A DNA stretch of 64,000 nucleotides from Paraspadella gotoi (Eukaryota; Animalia; Chaetognatha), in assembly GCA_051294375.1 (NCBI GenBank), contig JBJCIZ010000239.1, positions 1,568,581-1,632,580 on the forward strand, in the 5' to 3' direction. Under the pieces are notes generated by a model. The model searched no databases and had not been told where the DNA came from. It saw only the letters and a program-made list of their open reading frames with translations. Below, in pieces: positions 12,211 through 24,670 of this stretch. A program made the position numbers and the translations under genes. The number at the start of each line of letters is the position of its first letter. Within the stretch, counting starts at the first letter, position 1.

Positions 12211-14053
12211 TTAAGGCTGCTTTTTCCTCCAAAATAATTTGATGTTGAGAAAGAACTTCTTCCAGTAGTTAGTTTCATCTTCAGACATTCCTATCTCTCT
12301 CGGCGGTTCCTCCGGTTGAGGTTCGTCCGACAACTCCTGGCCCGGCGCCGACTGTTCGTCCGACAACTCCTGGCCCGGCGCCGACTGTTCGCTCGGCACC
12401 GCCTCCTCACTCGTCGCCTCCTCCGGTAATTCCGCTATCGACGTCAACGTCTTCTCCGCAGCCTCAACTGTTTCCTCCACTTCCTTAACTTCCGCCACCG
12501 GCAAAGGCTCAGGAAAAGAAGGCCTCTCCCTCCTATTGGCTAAAACCAAATTTTGCCAGGTGTCCTTCATGGAAGGCGGCGTCCAAAAGTCTTGAAACTT
12601 GGGAGTAGCGAGATCCGATCGGTGCGTGGGATCGTCGCGATCTTCATCGTCAGCGTTCTCTTCTTTAATCTCGTCGGCGATCGCCTCGGCCGAACGGCCC
12701 CTCGTCTTCGCGTCCTCCTGCTTCTCGTTAGAAGTAACAGCGTGGACCATCTTTTCGGCTTTCCTCTCAAAGGCCTCGGTGACCATCCCTCCGTGATCGG
12801 CGACCTCCCCGATATGTTCGGAGATGACTTTGGCGGTTTCTACGAAGTCTTTGATGAGGGCGTCGGCTCCTTGTCTCCTCCGTTTCTCGGCCGCGTCGGA
12901 GCGAGTCACTTCCTCCGGAGCGGCGACGATGAGAGGTTTTCCGGCGTCGAGGTCTCGCTCGATAGGATGCCTGCTGGAGGCGGTGATGGCGCCGACGATG
13001 ATCGAAGCCACGTAGTCGTTTCTAAAATGAACACTCTCCTCCTTTGACATGATCGATTGATCGAAACGCGGCGGCTCCGGCTTTGGACCCAAGTGACGGA
13101 CGAAGGAACAACGTTGGTTTAAAACGCCGAGAAAAACTTTGGTCACGTTCATGGTTTGACGCGAAGGCTCCGGCTTGATCTTGTGCGTATAGTCGAGTTT
13201 GAAAGAAAATTGCCTCTTGTCGCGGTCGGGCTCCAATGTCGGCCTCAAAGCGCGAGATAAAGTTTCTACGACGACCAAGCTAGGACTGCCCGTCTCACCA
13301 GAGGCCAGGGGCAGAGGCACCGCGGGAAGAATCTTCTTCTTCAGCGCCAGAGTCAAGTCTCTGTCGATCGTCGGACGGCGGGAGGCGTCGAGGGCGGCGG
13401 TCAAAACGGCGGCGACGCCGGTTCGTGTCGACGTTTCCACGAGAGATTCATTCGAAGAGTTGGAGAGGGATTCTTCATTCCTTTCAGGCCTTTCTCGTCC
13501 GACGGGATCGGGATCGATCCGTGACGGCGGCGCGGAATCGCTCGCCAAATCCTTGAGCATGACGTCGGCGACGCGGTGAAGCTCTCGCTTTCGCTTCGGA
13601 TCGATGCTCGAAGTCGGGAGAGTCGTCCGCGTCGGGGTTTTCCTCGGCTTCGGCGACGAGACTTTCTTCGGCGCCTGCGACTTCTTCAACGGCGCCTTGG
13701 ACGAACTTTGATTGAGATTCGCCGACACCTTCTTCTTCATTTCTCTCAACTCGGCATCTTGGTACAACGAGATAGCCGGTCTCTTCTCCTCCTTCGCCTT
13801 TCGCTTCGACGTCAGCGGCGTATGGAACTCGACCTTCAACGCGTCCCTCAAAGACTTCACATTGTACATCTCCGCCACGGAGATGCGCTTCAGCGAAGCC
13901 TTAGGCCCGAGCGAGGGTCGATCCTCTCGGCGGATCTTCGTTTCCGGGGGATCTTTCCGGTCGACGGCCGATTCCGTCGTCGCCGGTTTCTGACGAGATT
14001 TCAAGCGAGTGGCGTCGATGTAGGATTTACGCTTCCCGGCGCCTTCTGGGGGG

Positions 14054-14087
<34 letters not shown>

Positions 14088-14178
14088 TCTTCAGTCTAAC
14101 GCTCACGCAGACGTTCGTTCGCAAGAGTCTTCCGGTCTCCACTATCGTTCTCACTCGCGTTGCCCTCAGCGACGTCAT
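12211..14178 (-). CDS. Uncharacterised 655-aa single-exon protein, possibly mitochondrial
   Basis: Long ORF with exon-like composition. Arg-rich N-terminus, poly-Gly, duplicated EQSAPGQELSD near the C-terminus. No family recognised. Confidence 0.75.
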
Positions 14179-14300
14179 TTTTTCACTCCCGCCCAGTTAA
14201 AAATCAAAAGCCTGTTCCGGCCCCTGAGACGAGAAGACGCATCCAATTGTATAACAGCCAAAAAAAAATAAATGAAAAAGAAAAAAAAGAATGCAAAGAA

Positions 14301-15401
14301 TCAAAGAGGAGGACGCTTCTCTTCTTCCTCCGGGAGTCCCAGTTCCTTTCTGATTCTCCTTTCCGCGAGTCTCTCGAGTCTCGCCTCCAGCTCTGGAACG
14401 CCGCCGCTTCCCGCGTTGATGGCCGCGTTCAACTCCAGGCGCGTCGCCTCTTCCTCGAACTCGGGCGGCACCTTGACGAACGGGGGGGGAACGGAGGATT
14501 TTTTTTAAAGTTTCATTTGCATATAGTAGCAAAGTAGCCCGTTAAGAAGGAAAATATTTCGCACCAACTTAACTTGGTTTTACAAGAATAAATATGTAAT
14601 AATAAATGAATTATAAATATAGCCTCAGCAACTAAATGCATCTTAATCATTTTCTCATGTCGTGTCCCCGTACAAAAACTCGGTGCTCACTGCTCACCGA
14701 TTCTATGAATGACTTTCCCAAATGTTTGTCGATGTCGTTCTCCTCTCTAAGGACGAAGAAATAGAGAGCGAAAATACCCATGGACGCGCTGACGATAAAG
14801 GACTGGCTTCGCGGGTAAGCGGAATCTGGGTCAGAAGGGTTGAAGGATTGTTTCATCTTCATAGTTCATATTATATAAACGTCATCGTGGCCGTAAAAAT
14901 ACTTATAATTATGATGAGGAAAAACAATTTTGTCAAAAGTTTACTATTTTCTAAGTTTTTACTTGTTGAATTTTTTTTAATAAATATAAATTTGGAATTT
15001 TGGTTTCGTAATTTTTCCGTCTTTGTTCAAATCAATCCACAAGATTAACACGCATTATATCTAATTAATATATATATTATATATTTATGCGGGTGAATTC
15101 GTTACTCACGGTTAACAAAAGTCTCGTGTGGTCGATGCTTATCCGCGCCGCTGCCCCGGAATTTCAGAGGGGCTTCGAAGTCGGGTTCCACCCTCATACT
15201 ACAAAAAGAAAGAGGTTCTTTTCGTATTCCTAAAATTAAATCGTTTGTACATATTTTGTAATATCTTTAAACTAATTACTCTTTTCCGAAGGCAGAGCCG
15301 GGGCGTGGCGCCGAAGTTCCCAATTTCCGCGCCCACCGCGAGAGCGTCTCCGTCGTCGGTCTTAATCGCGACCAACGCGCGAGATTCGGAAGGAGAGACA
15401 T
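14301..15401 (-). CDS. UQCC4: CCSMST1/C16orf91-family complex III assembly factor
   Basis: Four exons splice in frame to MSLLPNLARWSRLRP...APLKFRGSGA...ETF...IVSASMGIFALYFFVLREENDIDKHL...VPPEFEE...KRPPL*. PLKF, a TM helix and LREENDID fit the family. Confidence 0.75.
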
Positions 15402-16434
15402 AGCGTCATTCACGATTGTTTTTTGTAGTAATGTTAATAAGTTAAAAGCCGAACTTCCATCGCTTAATCAAAAATAAAATGTGAAGACAAGAAAATACGA
15501 GAAGATAAAAGAAAATATAGAATGTATGTATGTATTTCGGAGGCATATGTAACAATAGCGGTAGCCGACCAAATTCAAATTTTAATGGGAACAGCATTAA
15601 ACTAATCCATTATTGGTATTAATTATTGTGTTAAAATATTTTTTTGCAAAAATGTTCCGAACCATGAGTAATTCGCTAATTAATATTATTATATTGCTAT
15701 ATAATGTTAAAAATTTTTTTTTGATATTTTAAGTTTTTTTAATTGATTCTGATAGAGCTTAAAAAGTTAAGCAAAAAATATAATTACAACTTTTTAAAAT
15801 TTTGATGTTTTATTACTAAAAATTAGGAAAAACTGCTAAAATCATCGGATGATGATGATGATGATGATTTTTTAAGGTTTTTCTCAATTTTAACCCACTT
15901 ATCATCAAAATATTGAAAAAAGAATTATACTTTGTGTAAATAACTTTTCATAAGCTATTTGAATCTGCTTTTAAAAATAAAAAATTCAAAAAAAAAATTT
16001 TGACATTTCCTATCTATAAATAAATATTAAAAAATTAATTACTAATGCTTCTTGCCATTTTAGAAAATTTTGCTCCATTGAAAGTTTTCTCAGAAATGTG
16101 TGAAGTTTCATTTAGAAAGGTTCCCAAATCAAACTTCTGACCCACCCCATTGACGAAGTTTGGCTCTAGTAACAAACGGAAAAAATATTACGACGCAACA
16201 CTTATTTCAAGTATAGCCTATCCTCTGAGCAACCACGCAGTTCATTCGAACAGCGATCAAGTGCCATGCCACGATATGTAACGACGATTCCGGTCGCTTT
16301 TCTGATTAATGTCCTTAACCGCTATTAGTGAGACTATGTAAGTAAATTAAAAAAAGACTTTAAAAAAAGAGATTTTCGCCAAGGAAGCCCACAAACGTTT
16401 CCAGTTCTAAAAAATTCAAAACGTGTTTTTTTTT

Positions 16435-17607
16435 TCATTCCTCTTCGTCATTCTCGTTTTTCTCTTTCTCTTTCTCGATCCAATCCACGGCCCGATCGAA
16501 CACCTTCTTCGCCGCGTATTCGTTGGCTACGAACCCTTCGATCGTCGTCTCGTAGGTGTCCACGTAATACTTCCCCGTCACTCCTTTGAGGGCCTCGGCG
16601 ACGGCGCAGAAGATGACCGTTTGCGCGCCGTGCCACGGGGTCTTGGTGAAGAGCCAAAAAAAAGGGTAGAAGGATAGTTTGAATAAAGAATTGGCGAAGA
16701 GCGGAAGGTGGCGTCCATGGTTGGAATTAACGACGCCGGGATGCGCTAGAATAACATTGACGCCGTCGTCTTTCCAACGCCGCGCCGCCTCCAGAGCCGC
16801 CATGGTAAGCGCGACTTTCGATCTCGTGTAAGATCCGGAGCGGTTATCCTGTTCGCTCAGGATCTCCTCGCCCCTCACGGTGGAGAGATCGAGTTTCTCC
16901 GCGAGGGTAAAGACGCGGCAGGTGACGAATATCACGCGGGCCTCCTTGTCCGCCGAGGCGGCGGCGGCGGCGCGAAGGCGCGGCAGCAGAGAATGGGCCA
17001 GAAAGAACTGACCCAGGAAATTGATTTGAAACTGAGATTCGAATCCCTGCTCCGAATAGCTGAAGGGAGGCATGAAGGTGCCGGCGCAACAGACGAGCAC
17101 GTCAACTTTGTCGTGGGTGATGTTATCGACGAAAGCAGAGATCGAATCGAAAGACAACAAATCGATGGGCGAACAACGGACCGTCTCGCTGGCGGCATGT
17201 TTGCGGATCGACTGGGCCAGACGGGCGCCCTTTTCCGGACATAAGGAGCCGATGATGACTTTGGCGCCGCGCTGAGCCAAATCGATGGCGACCTGGCCGA
17301 ACAGGAAAAATGTAAAACGCCAACCAATGGAGGCGTGATTCAAACCCACCGAAGTTAGAAGAAATACTGTGTGTCTATTTGTCTGTCTGTCTCTGTCCGT
17401 CAGTCACTCTCACACCTGCTCCCCGATGGATCCCGAGCTGGCCCCAACGACGACGGCGATCTTTCCCTTCATCGAGCGCCGGCTCCGACACTCGGGTCCG
17501 CCGAAGTAAGATCGGATTCCGTAGACGACGCCGACGCAGAGAGCGAGGATCCAGATGCCCCAAGAGTCTAGGGGGTTGGAGAGGGGAAAGTCGCCCGGCA
17601 TTTGCAT
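16435..17607 (-). CDS. Retinol dehydrogenase 11-14-like short-chain dehydrogenase/reductase
   Basis: N-terminal TM helix, GKIAVVVGASSGSIG Rossmann motif, catalytic YTRSK, HPGVV and KTPWHGAQT. Intron ~17293-17415. Confidence 0.9.
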
Positions 17608-17758
17608 GATGATAATTCTTTTTTTGATTTTTTTTCAATTAATAACTAAAATTGAATTGAATAAAAATCCATAGTTTAAATACATTGTAACAAAACTAGT
17701 GACTAAACTTCAACAATAAAATAACTAACAACTAAACTTGAAAAATATAAAAATAACG

Positions 17759-19075
17759 TCAAACAAAATCCCCGAATATTTCGTCAATTTCGTCCAAATC
17801 GCATCGCGGTTTCGATCCTCCGCCGAGTTTTCTAGACTTCGACTTCGCAACGACGACGACGTCTTCCTCCATCATCCTCTTCCTCTTCCTTTCATCTCGA
17901 ATTTCTTCCTGTCTCTTTTTCAACTCTCCAGGTTTTGACCCCGAAGTTTTAATCGATTCCAAGTCACGTGTCGATTCGTCCTCGACACGAACGATAAACG
18001 GTTTTTTCTTTTCCTCATTTTCTTTTTTCCCCTTTCCTCTCTCGGCCGCGGCGTCGGAGTCTTTTCCCTTCTTCTTTTTCTTTGTTTTTGTCTTGTTTTT
18101 GATCGAGGGATCGACTTTTGTTTTTTCCTCCGTTTTTGTCAGTTCCTTTCTTTTCTTCTTTTCCTTGGTTTTTCTTTTTTTCTCTTTGTTTTGTTTTTCT
18201 TCGGGCGGAACGACTTCGCCGTAATCGGTTTCGTCCTCGACCCTAGTTTTCTTCGTTCTTGTTGTTGTTGTTATCGTCGTCGATTCGGAATCTCCCGTTA
18301 AGAGAGTCCTCAGATCTCCATTTGGCCCACTACTCGATTCGTCTTCTTCAGCTTCCCTTCCCACTTTTCCCCAAACCCCCGTCCGATTCACCTCCGCCAT
18401 CTTCGCCGCGAAAATTTGAAAAACGTCGTCGTCAGCGGCCTCCGGCGCGCGATCTGCCAACGCCGATATTCCGTACTCGCTCAGATCGGCGTCGCGTCCT
18501 TCGAGGACGTCCGCGTGAGGGCGCAACGCGTCGTAACACGCGGCGACGGCGAGACGAAGACCGCGGACGAGAAGGGCGACTCGAGCGACTGAGGCGGCGA
18601 AAGGAAGAAACGCCGGAATGGAATGACCGATGGAGAGAAGAAGCGTCAAGTAAGAAAAGGCGTCTCGGCAGCGCGAAACTGCTGCGTCGAAAAGCGGCAG
18701 CGACCGCGCCGTCGCCGCCAAAAAATGCTGCAGGGTTTGACGAGAAGGAAGGGAAGAAACGTTGAGCCCCGTCGCGTCGCGAGTTAAGATTTCCGCATTG
18801 CCGATCACGTTGGCCTCGGGACGGTGCAGAATTCGATCCAGGCATTGCGCCACGCGTTTCACCAGACGGAGGCCCTTCTCGTGACGCAGGGCGGCTTTGT
18901 GACGTAGAAAGAAGCGTTGGAGAATCTCTCTTTCGGTGCGGAGAGGTTTGAGGTGGGACTCGGCCAAAGGCGCCACCTTTGCGCGGCAATCGCACAATGT
19001 CAGCCAAGCGTCTCGTATTTCAGGGGAAACTGATTTCTCGTCGTAGGAAATCGAAGAGAAAGGAATAAGCGACAT
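17759..19075 (-). CDS. NEPRO: Nucleolus and neural progenitor protein-like
   Basis: Single exon. RHEKGLRLVKRVAQCLDR, LPSRQ and FAASVARV resemble the Nepro N-terminal domain; Lys-rich tail ending DEIDEIF. Confidence 0.7.
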   Translation of the reverse strand: MSLIPFSSISYDEKSVSPEIRDAWLTLCDCRAKVAPLAESHLKPLRTEREILQRFFLRHKAALRHEKGLRLVKRVAQCLDRILHRPEANVIGNAEILTRDATGLNVSSLPSRQTLQHFLAATARSLPLFDAAVSRCRDAFSYLTLLLSIGHSIPAFLPFAASVARVALLVRGLRLAVAACYDALRPHADVLEGRDADLSEYGISALADRAPEAADDDVFQIFAAKMAEVNRTGVWGKVGREAEEDESSSGPNGDLRTLLTGDSESTTITTTTRTKKTRVEDETDYGEVVPPEEKQNKEKKRKTKEKKKRKELTKTEEKTKVDPSIKNKTKTKKKKKGKDSDAAAERGKGKKENEEKKKPFIVRVEDESTRDLESIKTSGSKPGELKKRQEEIRDERKRKRMMEEDVVVVAKSKSRKLGGGSKPRCDLDEIDEIFGDFV

Positions 19076-19158
19076 TCTGGGACGAAAGAGCAACAACAAC
19101 AAAAACAACATTTAGAGCGATTTGACCGAATAAAAACTGAAAAATATTGTTTTAAACG

Positions 19159-20441
19159 TCACCGTCGATAAGTAACTTTAATCGGTTTGGAACAATAAGG
19201 ACAATCCCCGTAAACAGTATTGAAACTTTGCTGACAGTCCGGCAGGGCCTTGAGCCATTCGAAGAGACAGGCCTTGTGAAAGGCTTGGGAACAATTGGGT
19301 CGATCGCAGACCAGCGAGGGAGATTCTTCGAGATCGAAAGAGTACGAATAACAAACGCCGCAAATTAGAGTTTCGTTGGGCGGGGCGCGGCCGATGGCGC
19401 CGTCGGTGGACCGTGACGGCGCGGGCAAGTGTAGTTCGAGGACGTTGGAAAGGTTGGCAAGGATCGAGATCGAGGAGTCCCATTCCGAGGCGCGACTCTG
19501 CAGTTTTAGTCGCAAATTTTGGACGATATGATCGGGACCTAAGAGATCGAGAGTGTGAGTCAGACCAGGGAAGCGGACAAACGAAGATGAAAAGAAAAAA
19601 AAGACAATATCAGAATTAGGGTTCCCAAGAGTTCTAAATCGAATTAACGACATCAATTTCCGCCCTGACCTAAAAATCTGCACTCCGGAAGATGGCGCGG
19701 TCTTTTTGGATCGAATTCTAAAAGGAGGCTAGTGACGCCGGTTTGATCCAAGGCGACACGACGAAAACCGGCGCCGGGCGAAAACGACGCCGGTTCAAGA
19801 ACAATCGCCTCGGCGTCCAACTCGCGCATCGCCTCCCAAAATCCTTCGAATTCGGCGACGGCGTCTTTAAAAGCTCCGAAGATCTTGGAGAGATCCGCCC
19901 GCGGGGTCCATTCGAACTCGAAAGGTGCCGGAAGTTCGGCGTCGATTTCCGGCGCCTCGTGAGGATAATTCGGGGAAAACGTCGCGGTTAGTCGACGGAG
20001 TTCGCCGAAATCGGCTTCGGCGACGAGCGTTACCCTTTTCAGATCGACGGAGACGTCCTCGACGCGACGCCAACCGACTGCTTCCAGTTCGCGGAAGACG
20101 CGCGTGGCTGATGTTATCGCCGCGGCGTCGATCTCTCTGCGGGCGCGAAGGGCGGAGCGTTTGAGGCTGTGAGACGCCAGTTGCTTCAAGTCATTAAGAA
20201 AGGAAGTCAAGTCGTCGCATTGACGCAGCCGATCCTCGATCACATCCCTGTATTCGGCGCCGCCCAACGCCGCCTCCAATCGCCCGTCCAGTCGCACCTC
20301 GGCGCCGTCGAGTCGATGGGCGGATTTGAGGTCGATGGAGATTTGATAATCTTCGTCGTCGACGGTCAAGTAACCAACGAAGCGAGTTCGAGTCTCGTTC
20401 AGAGGGAAGAGGAGGGGGAAGAGGCTTCCAAAGTCTGACAT
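19159..20441 (-). CDS. FANCL: E3 ubiquitin ligase FANCL
   Basis: FPLLFPLN...FVGYLTV, FWEAMRELD...VLEP, PRHLPECRFLG and RING CGVCYS...CSQAFHKACLFEWL...YGDCPYCSKPI. One intron ~19539-19669. Confidence 0.95.
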
Positions 20442-21237
20442 CTTTTTTTCTTTCTTTCTTTCTTTCTCTCGCTCTCTCTATCTCTCTCCCTCCCTGTCGC
20501 GAGGATGAGGAGTAGACTAGCTAAAACTAAGAGATTGTGGATGACTGACTGAATATTTCGCTGGCCGATCTCCAATACTATCCGCAGGGTTGGGACGAAA
20601 ATATTTATTAACTTTTTATAGCCATTGAAAAACATAGGTTAATAAATCATTAAATCTAAATTTGTATGATTTAAAAGTTGAATCTAATAAGAACAGAGGC
20701 TCAAATTATAAGGAAATAATTTTTTCGTCATGACATACTAGTCGTAGAGGTTGTTGTTATTAAATTCGGATAGGTTTGAACTGATGATATTCATCTTGAA
20801 TTGCGTAAAAATTAGTATGAATAAAGTTTGTTATCCTGAAAACAGCTTTTGATAACGTTTTGTGAAAACCATTCAAATATTCGCTTAGAATGATATTTTA
20901 AATTGTCAACCGTTAATCGAGGATGAAATTTGGTTAAAGAAAAAAAACTTTTATTTCGTAAGTTTTATTTCAAAATTAAATTTTGTAAATTTTGAGCCTC
21001 TTATTCGTTCTTAAGCAAAATAAAAATTATAATTCAACTCATTCTATGTCTAAAAATTTACAAGCAGCCTGGAAGAAATATTTAAGAAAATAATAGAAAT
21101 ACATCATTAGATAGTTGTACAAAAACAAAAGTTTCATACCCCCGAAAACCCTGCAAAAAAAAAAGACGCCCCAGTTTTGAATCCAAATAAGAAAAAGAGA
21201 AAAAAAGTTGCGCAGTTTAAGATCGGAGAAGAGGAGT

Positions 21238-24200
21238 TCAAAGACTAGAAGGGACGGGCAGTGACGGGCCGAGACGGGGCTGTGACGGGCCGAGACGGGG
21301 CGGTGACGGGCGCGCGTCGTGACAAGGACACGCCTCCGCGACGTGGACGCGTCTAAAGAGCTCGTCGCGATGAGTGGAGAGAAGGACGGGTCTGAGAATC
21401 GTCTCGATGTCGTTGATTCGGTTGCGGAATCGAACTCGATCGCGGGCGACTTCTTCCCAAATTCCTTTGCGCTGGAAAAAGATAAAAGTTTAATACTAAA
21501 TGCATATAAAGTGGAATGAAATGAAATGAATTAAATGAGGAGATGCTTCCCTCTATTTCCAGAAGGCGAGACTTACTTTCCCATCCCAATAATTGATATG
21601 TAAATGATTGTACAAAAGAAAAGAAAATTAGGGGGGAAAAAAATCATAAAAAAAAAACAAAAATCTTAAAAACTATAGATAGTGAAACAAGTAATTTTGC
21701 CATTTTTATAATAAACGTTCTTTAATGATTGAATAATGAATTGATTTGTAAGGCTTGCTTAGCTACTATTCGCTACTGACGAAGATGAAGAACAAGTTTG
21801 AGCAAACAATGTCGGATCTGCCCACGATCATTATCGGTAATTCATTAATTAATAATTCAAGTTAATTAATAAATTAATTAATTAATTAGGCAATTAATTA
21901 ATTAATTTGATCCAAAACGTTTGTTTGAATTGATTGACTGATTAATTAATTAATGATTAATTAATTGACTAATTGATTAATTAACTGATTAATTATTTGA
22001 TTAATTAATACATCTTGCATTTACATTTAATATAAAAAGAAGAAAAAGCATAATCAATTAGTAAAACAGGTTTTTTGTTTTTTCCCATTTAAACTCATTT
22101 CTCATTCCATCAAAATATGATTTTCAGCTTAATCACACACTTTCCTACCCACATACAAAATTTCAGGTGAATCACCCCATCCACTAATGAGTAATTGGTG
22201 TTCAAATAGTAAAATAATTTTTTTGGTTTTTTTCCATTTAAACTCATTTCCACTCGGACGATTCCATCGAAACTTCATATCCAGCTCAATCACACACTTC
22301 CCTACCCACACACAAAATTTCATTCCAATCCATCCATCCAATCACGAGTAATTGGAGTTTTTTGCTAAGGTTGGACCGAAGGACAGAGACAGACAGACAG
22401 ACGGACATCATTTTTCTTGCATAATTTATCATAATTCAATGTTCTGACATAATATAAGTGAATGCCCGACAAGATTGAGGGGGTAGACCGATGGACCGAC
22501 AAAGTGAATTATAGAGTCGGGATACTGCTGACAAGCAGATCCGACTAAAAATTTCTAATAAATAACTTTTGTTCCTTACCTCTTCCTCCTCCAAGACGTG
22601 CACGCTGATCAAATCTTCTTCGGATGCAAAGTGAACGTTCGTATTTTTCTTATTTTTCTTGGGCTTTTCTTTGGGCGACTCCGTGGGCGCTTCGGCTTCG
22701 ACGTCCTGCGCGACGGGGCCCGGGGTTGATGGGGATGGGGATGGGGAGGGCGAGGGCGGCGGCGAGGAACGCGGCGACGGAGGCGGTAGAGGGACTGGCG
22801 TGCGGGACGCGCGGTGCGTCGGCAACGTCGACACCGTGGGTCGTGCGGTGGCGAAAGGATTCGCTTGAGGTTGAAAACTTTGCCAAAGATTCTGGAGATC
22901 GCAGTCGAGGCCGGAGAATGACTGAGGAAGAAGGGGGGTGGATAAATAATTAAATATTAAATAAAAAATTGAGCAAACTTTTAATTAAAGACGTTAAAAC
23001 TCAAATAATTATTATTCAACTCGAATAAAATATTGTTTTCAGTTTTTTTCTCATGCCGAAATTAAAGATAAAACCCAAAATAGAGACTTTAGAGTGTCGG
23101 CCTACTTTTTACAGGAATTAAAATATTTTTTTAGGTTCAATGTCGTAATTTTAATTTGTAATTTTTTTTTATAAACAACTATATACATGCACATTGTACA
23201 ATGTACAATTGTACATATATTCGTGACTAACCCGATTCTCGTCGCTGTCGCAGTCGGACCAGTCGACCGAATCGAAGGATTGCTCCGAACTGTGACGTTG
23301 GCGCGAGTTGACGATGTCTTTGACGCACAAAAATCCGGGGAGCGAGTCTTCGTCGTCGTCATCTTCCACTTCGTCGTCGTCCATTTCCGACGGCGCGTCT
23401 TCCGTCGCCGAGGCGTCGCTTTGACCGGAGAAGGAAATTTCAAAGTCTGGCGCGTTTTCGACGGAGAGATTGAGTGGATCCTTCGAAACGCCATCGACGT
23501 AGAGTTCATCTTTAGCCTCTTCATCTTTTGCTTCCTCTTCCTCCATATCCTCTTCCTCATCGAGCGACACGTCGTCGTCCGCGCACGATCCCTCTCTCCT
23601 CGCGGGTGAGATTCTCACCGCGTCTAAATTAATCTCGAACGAACGAACGGGCGAAGGAGAATTAAAGGATCGATTCGGCGTCGCGACGGACAACAGGACG
23701 ACGTCGTCGACGGGGTCTTCCCCCACAAGCCGGTCGTCGGGGAGAGGCGGGCAATCTTCCTCCAGGGACTGGATCGCCGAATCGTCCTTTAGGCTTTCGT
23801 CGCGGAGATAATCCGTCTCGCCGCCGTCGGCGACGACCGCGGCCGAGGGGCCTTCGAGGGAGGCCATCCTCTCGCTCTCGTAGTCGGACTCGATGGAATC
23901 CGAAGAGTCACGAGACGGAGACGGTTCCGTTTCCGAGAATATAGTCTCTTCGGTTTTGAGAGAGGAAATTTTGGTTTCGGCGACCGTTGAGGGCTTTCCG
24001 AAACAGTTGGTTAAGAAGTTGGTATCGAAGTTGGATCCAGGAGGCTCTTCGGTCGATTGAAAAAATAATTTGTAAGAATTTTGGAAAGGATCCGAGCAGC
24101 TAATCCGCGAGTTACTGGAGGGAAGCTGCACGACCTCAGTGACTCGAAAAGCAGCGAAGGAAGAGAAGACCGAGGGCGGGCTGGCGTCGTCGTCGTCTTT

Positions 24201-24419
24201 TCCTTCGATGTCCGGCGACGATAAACGACCCAAACCAGAGTTTTCTTCTCCGAGAAATTGGGGTAGCACCTTGGAAGTCGTCGTGTTTTGAGGACCGAAA
24301 GAGTTTCCGAAGCGAAGGCCGTTTTTGGTCGGGCACTGTCGGGCGGCGAGAGTGGTCGAGGAACTGGCGGACAAATCGGGAGACCCGAGGCCGAGAAACT
24401 TTTCGAAAAGATGATCCAT
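21238..24419 (-). CDS. PPP1R15: eIF2alpha phosphatase regulatory subunit (GADD34/CReP family)
   Basis: Three exons (24419-23232, 22891-22580, 21471-21238) join in phase 0: acidic region, NLWQSFQPQANPF, NVHF...VHVL, then RKGIWEEVARDRVRFRNRINDIETILRPVL...HR, the conserved PPP1R15 core. Confidence 0.9.
21845..22430. mobile_element. Helitron/HINE (DINE-1-like) remnant in PPP1R15 intron 2
   Basis: TTAAT/ATTAA-rich block at 21845-22010, ~155-bp tandem duplication at 22075-22350 containing CAAAATTTCA, then a (GACA)n GACGGAC microsatellite. This layout is typical of such elements. Confidence 0.5.
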
Positions 24420-24514
24420 GGTTAAGGTAGGATTCGTACCCGGGAAGTTTTTAAAGAGTCGTAAGAAAGTTGGGGGGGGAAGGGGAAGAGTTATAAGGGC
24501 GAATAATTTTCGGT

Positions 24515-24670
24515 TTACGCGCCCATATTTTTAGCCGGGAAAGACGGGATTTTTTGCCAGGGAGGAAATTCGCCTTTCGCGTAGTCCTTGTCTTTTCTAT
24601 CGTTTTGGTTCCACGATTCGGGATGGAGTTCGAACAAACGAGAGATTTTGAACATCGGGTCAGCGAGCAT
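24515..24670 (-). promoter_or_regulatory. 51-aa upstream ORF in the PPP1R15 leader
   Basis: accATG start; MLADPMFKISRLFELHPESWNQNDRKDKDYAKGEFPPWQKIPSFPAKNMGA*. It lies between a ttttcag acceptor (24711-24712) and the main ATG at 24419. Confidence 0.7.

Noticed and set aside
16195-16345. GC-richer island after the RDH gene, possible ncRNA or 21-codon ORF
   Set aside because: No recognisable snRNA or snoRNA boxes and the ORF is too short to support; probably 3' UTR.
23169-24419. 416-aa acidic ORF as a stand-alone orphan gene
   Set aside because: It splices in phase 0 to the exons encoding the PPP1R15 core.
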